A stretch of 64,000 nt of DNA from a virus: IMG/VR virus record IMGVR_UViG_3300032246_001270; one strand, 5' to 3'. Below are positions 59,601 to 64,000 of the stretch, one piece after another (position 1 is the stretch's first letter; each line of letters starts with the position of its first letter). The translations under genes and the position numbers were made by a program. The notes under the pieces are model-generated. The model worked only from the letters and a program-made list of their open reading frames with translations. It made no database searches and had not been told where the DNA came from.

Positions 59601-62600
59601 TGCGTTAGCTTCGGTTTGTGTTGCTGGCGTTCCTCCTAAATATTGAGTAGCATTAGTTACTTTAATATTATTTACATTTGAAGTAATAGTAGGTAATGAA
59701 CCAGTACCATTTTCTAATATGTTTATAATTTTATCAAAACTTCCAGATATATTTCTTGCTAATGAAGATGATATAATTACCGAAGATGTAAATTGATTTG
59801 TATTTGTTATCTTTACTAATGAATTGGTATTTTTTACTAATGTAGGCAAAGAACCAGTACCATTTTCAACAATATCCAAAACAATATCAAAACTATTATT
59901 TGAAGCTGTCAGATATGTTAATGCTATTGATGCAGTTGTTAAATATCTATTTGTTGCAGTTCTTCTAATTAAAGAATTTACATTTGTTACAATAGTTGGT
60001 AATGAACCTGTACCATTTGCTACAATATCAATTACCGTATTAAATCCAGTACTTACTTTTATTATTTCGGAAATAGTAGGAGTTATTGATGATGTTATTT
60101 GTTCACCACCTAAAACATTTACACCTTTATTTGTATTCTTAACAATATTTGTTGGTATTGAACCAGTTCCATTTGATAAGATATTAAGTATGTTACCAAA
60201 TGAAGATGATACAATATATTTATCATTTGTTTCTACATATATAGATGATGTAATTTGCTGAGCCGTAGTTACTTTAATTCCTGCTTCAGTATTTAATACT
60301 ACATTAGGTGCTGAATTACTTCCACTTTCAATTACTTTGGATACAATATTAAAACCATCTTCTATTGATTTTCCACCAATTGCTACCAATTTTGCTAAAC
60401 CTTTTGTAAAGTTTAGTGAATCAATTGTTTCTTTGGATTGAACTCCAGTAGCTTGAGATGGGTATAAATAATAGAATCTTCCAGCAGTTATACTTCTTTC
60501 ATTTCCACCATAAACCAAATCTGTAATTATAGCATCTACAATAAATCCAGTATCTCTATAACACTTACTTTGGATATATTGTAAATTAGGATATGTTTCA
60601 TTTGCATAATCAAGAGTATTTTGTTGTAAGAATACTCTATTAGTTTTTAATAAACTTGCAACGTTTAATACTTCAGTAGATGGTGCAGATAATACAATAT
60701 TTTTAATTATATTTTGTACTACTTGATTTGCGTAATTTACTCCAGTTATAGTTGGGTCTAATTGTTGTGTTACGGAAGGTACTCCACCTACAATTGCTGC
60801 CGATGGGTATCTATAATAATATTCTCCAGCAAATCTAGTTCTTTCGTTACCACCATAAACCAAGTCAGTTCTAACCGCATCTAATATATATTTTGTATCT
60901 CTTAAACACTTAGCCTGATTGTATTCTGCTTCACTCCAAGAAGAACTTACATAAGCTACAACTTCATTTGCAATTAGGTTTTTGTTTCTTAATATTAAAT
61001 TACTTGCATTTACTTTATTTCCATCAGCTGAAACGAATACTGAACCAGTAACAATCTTTTGTATCATTCTACTTGCGTAGTTGATACCATCTAAAGTTGG
61101 AAGTAATTGTGAACCAGTTGCTTGAGATGGATATAGATAATAAAATATACCAGCGTTTCTACTTCTTTCATTTCCACCATAAACTAAGTCAGTTCTAATT
61201 GCATCTATAATATACCCAACATCTCTTTTACAAGTTGATTCAATATATGCCTGCTCACTCCAAGAAGAACTTAAATAAGCGATTGTTTCATCCTGTATGA
61301 ATACTTTGTTGTTTATTAATAAAGATGCCGCATTTAGGATATTAACCGATGCTGTGTTGAATTGTACATTTTGAATTACCTTTTGTGCTAAACGTGATGC
61401 GTAGTTGATACCATCTAATGTTTGTTGAAGTTGAGCTCCTTGCGCTTGTGATGGAAATTCCCAATAGAATAAACCATTAAATACAGATGCGGAATTTGCG
61501 TTCCATATTAAGTCTTCCGCAGAACCACTCAATATAAATCCTAAATCACGTCTACATTTAGTTTCATCGTAAATAAATCCAGCCCAAGAAGAACTTAGAT
61601 ATGCAATAGTTTCATTTTGAATAAATGGAATATTGTTTTTGAGAATTTCGTAAGCTGCTACACTATTAGATGATGTTACTCTATTTGTATATGTTTGGAA
61701 AGCAGGTGCTGAAAACTCACCACCTTCAATTATGTTTGTTACTATTGATATTGATGATGATATAAAGTTTACATTATTTGCACTTGCCGAATAAGATGAA
61801 GAAATATATTGTGATGTATTTGTTACTTTAATACTTGCACTTACGTTTGATGTAAGAGTAGGTACAAAAGATAACCCACCTTCTAATATATCGGTGATTA
61901 CTTTTATTGAAGAACTTAATTGTGTACTTTGAGTATTTGTTCCATAATAACTAGAACCAGTTATGTATTGTGGTGTGTTAGTTACTTTTACATTTGAGTT
62001 TAGATTTGATACCAATGTACCCAATGAACCAGTACCATTTGTTATTATAGTTGCTACATATGCAATTGATGCTGATATCAAATTATCAACTGAACCACTA
62101 ACTGCTAATGAAGCTGTTATTTGTGGTGTTCCAGTTACAGCTATTGCATTTGCTTGAGATGCGGTAAATAAAGGTTCTGCTACTACACCACCACCAATAA
62201 TAGTATTTACAATATCAAAATTTCTACCAATTGTATTTACTTCATTTGATGTTGTATTGGATGAAGTTATTTGAGAATCATTAGTTACACTTAATGCATT
62301 ATATTTGTTCCAATTTAATCCAGTATTTTTAGCTAATAAATATTTAATTGAACTCAATCCTTTTGCTACAATTCCTTCTATAATTGAGAATGAATTGCCA
62401 ATAGAAGTTTGTTGAGTTATTGAACCACTAAATGAAGATGTTATATTTGATAAAGATGATGCTCTAAAATTTCTCTCATCATTATAAACAATACGTGGTG
62501 TATCTAATATTTGATTTTGAACAATAGTATCTCCAATAATTTTTGCATATTTAACACCAGCAATAGTTGATGTTCTTTGAGTTGTAGTTGCTAAAGATGG

Positions 62601-64000
62601 AAAATCATAATAGTATCTACCAGCGGTTACACCTCTTTCAATTCCACCATATAATAAATCCGTTGCTACATTATCAACAATATATCCAACATCTCTTTTA
62701 CAAGTTGCTTGATTATATTTTAAATTTGGAAATGCAACATTAATAAATTGAATTGTTTCGTTTTGAATTAATTCTTTATTTTTTATTAAATTATTATATG
62801 CTGATAATGTTGATACATCAGGGGTTGTAAATGTTTTTTGTTTTAATAAATTATCAACTAACCCACTAGCATATCTAATACCGTCTGTTGTTTGTCCTAA
62901 TTGCCCAACACCATCACCATCTCCTCTTACAATTGCTAAAGATGGGTATTGATAATAATATTGACCGGCAGTTATACTTCTTTCATTTCCACCATATTTT
63001 GTATCAGTTGCTACTGCATCTAATATATATCCGGTATCACGTCTACACTTTGCTTCATTATAATAAAAATTAGACCAAGATGATGATAAATAAGTTATTA
63101 CCTCATTTTGTATAAATGTTTTATTATCTCTAATAGTAGTCCAAACATCATATACTTCAGTTGTTGGTTCTACATAAATGTTACCTCTAATTAAATTTAA
63201 TGAAACTCCAGCTGCATGTTTCATAGCAGTTAATGTTGGTCCTAATTGTGTTGTAGTTGCCTGAGATGGGTATTGATAATAAAATAAACCATTTCTAATA
63301 CTTTCCTCATTTCCACCATACAACAAATCTTTTGCTACACCATCTATAATATAGCCAACATCTCTTTTACAAGTTTCTTCTGGATATGAAAACCCACTCC
63401 AAGATGATGATACAAATTGTATTACTTCATCTTTAATAAATTCTTTATTATTTACTAATATTTCGTATGCTGTTACAATATCAATATTTGTTTTAGCAAC
63501 CGAACCACTTTGTATTATAGCTGGGTATGTTAATGTATTTTTAATTAAATCAAATGGAGTTGTAGATGAATTTACTATTTCAATCTTACCACCCATTGAG
63601 CTTTTGTTTTGAGATACATAATATAATTTGTTTGGTGCATTATATGGTACAGTAAAAGTTATTGTTCCTCTACTATCTCCATTATTTACAACACCAATAT
63701 TATAATCATATGTATCAGTAATACCTTCTAATTGTTGAGTTCTTATCCAAAATGGATATTCAATTCCACCGGATTTTTCTACGGCACTTACGTTAAATTT
63801 GTAAGTCTGTCCTCTAAATAAAGTTAATGTAGGATTACTACCAATTCCATCAAAATCAAATGAAGAACTATTGTTATTTGTTATTACAAAAGATTTTTGA
63901 TGATTAACAGGTATTGGTAAAATATTACTTCCAGTACCATTTGCTAAAATATTATAAACAATACTAAAACTTGCACTTATTGAATTTATTGTTTCTAAAG
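53676..64000 (-). CDS. Giant virion protein (>3,440 aa, start outside the window) with 21 CxRD helical repeats and a degenerate cupredoxin-like domain
   Basis: The frame stays open from 63998 to the ORF-track Met at 63596 (LETINSISASF...YPFWIRT...LYYVSQNKSSMGG); C-terminus YSY.GSG...ALP..GG...GGRIYFTS.NQ.GDFRIG.GL.INQ.TG...FS.SL...VTPF.LAL. Confidence 0.88.
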   Translation of the reverse strand, partial: LETINSISASFSIVYNILANGTGSNILPIPVNHQKSFVITNNNSSSFDFDGIGSNPTLTLFRGQTYKFNVSAVEKSGGIEYPFWIRTQQLEGITDTYDYNIGVVNNGDSRGTITFTVPYNAPNKLYYVSQNKSSMGGKIEIVNSSTTPFDLIKNTLTYPAIIQSGSVAKTNIDIVTAYEILVNNKEFIKDEVIQFVSSSWSGFSYPEETCKRDVGYIIDGVAKDLLYGGNEESIRNGLFYYQYPSQATTTQLGPTLTAMKHAAGVSLNLIRGNIYVEPTTEVYDVWTTIRDNKTFIQNEVITYLSSSWSNFYYNEAKCRRDTGYILDAVATDTKYGGNERSITAGQYYYQYPSLAIVRGDGDGVGQLGQTTDGIRYASGLVDNLLKQKTFTTPDVSTLSAYNNLIKNKELIQNETIQFINVAFPNLKYNQATCKRDVGYIVDNVATDLLYGGIERGVTAGRYYYDFPSLATTTQRTSTIAGVKYAKIIGDTIVQNQILDTPRIVYNDERNFRASSLSNITSSFSGSITQQTSIGNSFSIIEGIVAKGLSSIKYLLAKNTGLNWNKYNALSVTNDSQITSSNTTSNEVNTIGRNFDIVNTIIGGGVVAEPLFTASQANAIAVTGTPQITASLAVSGSVDNLISASIAYVATIITNGTGSLGTLVSNLNSNVKVTNTPQYITGSSYYGTNTQSTQLSSSIKVITDILEGGLSFVPTLTSNVSASIKVTNTSQYISSSYSASANNVNFISSSISIVTNIIEGGEFSAPAFQTYTNRVTSSNSVAAYEILKNNIPFIQNETIAYLSSSWAGFIYDETKCRRDLGFILSGSAEDLIWNANSASVFNGLFYWEFPSQAQGAQLQQTLDGINYASRLAQKVIQNVQFNTASVNILNAASLLINNKVFIQDETIAYLSSSWSEQAYIESTCKRDVGYIIDAIRTDLVYGGNERSRNAGIFYYLYPSQATGSQLLPTLDGINYASRMIQKIVTGSVFVSADGNKVNASNLILRNKNLIANEVVAYVSSSWSEAEYNQAKCLRDTKYILDAVRTDLVYGGNERTRFAGEYYYRYPSAAIVGGVPSVTQQLDPTITGVNYANQVVQNIIKNIVLSAPSTEVLNVASLLKTNRVFLQQNTLDYANETYPNLQYIQSKCYRDTGFIVDAIITDLVYGGNERSITAGRFYYLYPSQATGVQSKETIDSLNFTKGLAKLVAIGGKSIEDGFNIVSKVIESGSNSAPNVVLNTEAGIKVTTAQQITSSIYVETNDKYIVSSSFGNILNILSNGTGSIPTNIVKNTNKGVNVLGGEQITSSITPTISEIIKVSTGFNTVIDIVANGTGSLPTIVTNVNSLIRRTATNRYLTTASIALTYLTASNNSFDIVLDIVENGTGSLPTLVKNTNSLVKITNTNQFTSSVIISSSLARNISGSFDKIINILENGTGSLPTITSNVNNIKVTNATQYLGGTPATQTEANAISASISIVTNIIANGIDSLPIVTLYTSSISSSNIIAAYTILKNNLDFIVSESIAYLSSSWSTASYDENKCKRDLKFILSGSAEDLIFNANSASVFNGKFYYEFPSQAQGAQLNQTLDGIKYASRLAQKLVLNTQFVTQSAQIKNAYTLLVNNKEFIKNEVIPYISSSWSTHQYIESTCKRDIGHIIDAVSTDLLYGGNERSVNAGVFYYLYPSEATGSQIQETVTGIQYARDVAFKILKGNTFTKVSQNKLQAKELIYNNREFIQNEVISYISASWSTASYNQTTCKRDVGYILDAVTTDIVYGGNERSINAGKFYYQYPSQATTSQLGPTLSGIKYAKDLTDSVLKNLIFVSASNSNVTAYELIFNNKGFIQNETIAYLSSSWSSFPYNQTTCKRDIGYILDAVATDILYGGNERVAKAGEYYYLYPSLATEGNDGDTGGQLNQTLDGIKYAKGITEKIVENLLLQSPTTSELTGFNLLIDNKKFIQSESIAYLSSSWSGDDGFYYNETTCKRDIGYIIDAVRTDLLYGGNERSSKAGEYYYLYPSAAILTGSISPTAATQKGPTLDGINYVAGTAQNVVANKVLISPTGFVTSSVSLLRQNKKFIQNETVQYIDAFFPNLVYLREKCRRDVGYILDAVITDTLYGGNQRSIIAGQYYYLYPSLATKSTQVRETVAGVDYAKALSKAIAQNIKLNSPILTTNTDGNIKVSNVTQFISANSGSSNEITNVSSSFSTVTKIIKGGVSVEPTIISNVESRIKINNISPITSASAASTIEIGLITSSFNLITDIIKNDSSSLPDSLVSNFSSLYGFNLNNPNLWNISSDSQTIGAGTYPIETNVASSSFETLVNIIANGTGSIPELVTNASGSITKTGLLPIVNTQTAEEFEINKVSSGFGTILDIVENGVSMISTIIPNVSSSIKVTNTSQLISGSAGGRLQGKLISSSLSLVIDVLLNNGTSSITFKPSTYPIANTNAKINSAYNLLVSNSKFIVDETIAYMSSSWSGFDYTQSKCERDLVGILSGSAFDLLYGGNSASLFNGKFYFDFPSQATGSQLDQTITALKYASGVAENVVQNILLTHISSSATISASFEALTKNKAFIQSESIAYVSSSWSEFGYNEIKCARDIGYIIDAVRTDLLYGGNERSVVAGRYYYDYPSQATDSQLEPTLTGVRYAKGLALNVIKNAQFYVTSSSTINSYNSIRNNKKFIQSESVAYINAKYPDFYYNEETCKRDVGYILDAVSTDLLYGGNERSSKAGEFYYLYPSEATGIQLTETIDGIKYAGRLVSASINNWLIPTPVSQSSGLTPSNNLSKIAAYDLLTKNIGFIQSESIAFLSSSWSGFEYDSSVCSRDIRYIVEAVAGDILYGGNHSSSLAGISYWEVPSKVTGSQLDPTITAIDYAKGLATKLVQNLSFNTASLDVSSSVALLRNNRTFIVSESMAYLTASWSNFEYNKVKCARDLGYILDAATTDLLYGGNERSVIAGDFYYKYPSKAILLGDGDGVGQLGQTIDGINYASRIAQKIVGGTIFVTASLEASASFDLLRKNKAFVAEETIAYVSSSWSGVYYNQTTCKRDVGYLIDAAATDVLYGGQERTVIAGQYYYLYPSNAINKGVPSTQNQLDPTLTGIRYAGKLSKKIINNPIYLVPSASLLTTAKLLTDNKQLIQKETITFLSSSWSNLKYNEVSCSRDLGFIIDAIRTDLVYGGNERSIEAGSYYYKFPSVAILDSYGDNNGQKKQTLDGINFARGISEKIVANTVLTYLAPATKRRQAAERLKGSKDELKQRAIGYTNGAFPYLVYNEASCSRDTGFIVDACVTDLLYGGNERGIAAASSYYDGQYGSAQAVISSQKLETLETNRYLRTKAEFIAAGAPLVSFGSLIVATGIDYSYNGSGVTFKALPPNQGGSGVANPIYEITQLAGGRIYFTSGNQDGDFRIGTGLSINQATGTLVGRTFSKSLFSLVTPFSLALQI
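54000..63480 (-). repeat. 21 ~100-aa repeats, consensus A..L..NK.FI..E.IAY.....Y....C.RD.GYI.DAV..DL.YGGNERS..AG..YY.YPS.A
   Basis: 21 CxRD motifs counted, in blocks of 3, 4, 6 and 8 separated by ~45-aa SF..I..I..NGTGS.P spacer repeats. Confidence 0.93.

Noticed and set aside
63594-63596. ORF-track start of the 3,306-aa protein
   Set aside because: The frame is open to the window end and this Met lies inside a cupredoxin-like domain, so the real start is outside the window.
1-64000. Stop-codon reassignment, inteins or introns
   Set aside because: Genes are full length and tightly packed under the standard code, with TAG used as a real stop (e.g. 3063, 22988, 30216); DnaB, RecA and the visible RNR have no insertions.

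Overview
A 64-kb segment of a large, AT-rich, T4-like (contractile-tailed) dsDNA phage. Every credible gene lies on the minus strand. In transcription order (right to left) there are four blocks. (1) A ~34-kb block of giant virion fibre/appendage genes: a >3,440-aa protein truncated by the window end that carries 21 Cys-x-Arg-Asp repeats resembling the bilin-binding helix of phycobiliproteins, a 3,967-aa and a 2,822-aa fibre each with a very long Gly-Thr/Ser-Ser tract, plus adaptor and chaperone genes. (2) The tail module: sheath, tube, gp26-like chaperone with a probable +1/-2 frameshift extension, tape measure and baseplate. (3) An accessory block with a thumbless mini-PolA, a secreted endonuclease, a GH19 endolysin and several proteins sharing an N-terminal L-x-x-(L/I)-L-E motif fused to different enzyme domains (ADP-ribosyltransferase, ParB plus nuclease, TraB/Tiki-like). 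(4) Replication genes: gp32-like SSB, RecA/UvsX, 5'-3' exonuclease, DnaB, an unannotated Hc1-like protein and a class II ribonucleotide reductase truncated at the window start. A Bacteroidota host is suggested by TTTG-N20-TAnnTTTG promoters, A-rich start regions without Shine-Dalgarno sequences and the Hc1-like gene. A phage-specific motif, ATATTTATA, precedes most transcription units. I saw no tRNA, CRISPR array, integrase or reverse transcriptase. All family assignments come from motif recognition by eye, not database searches.
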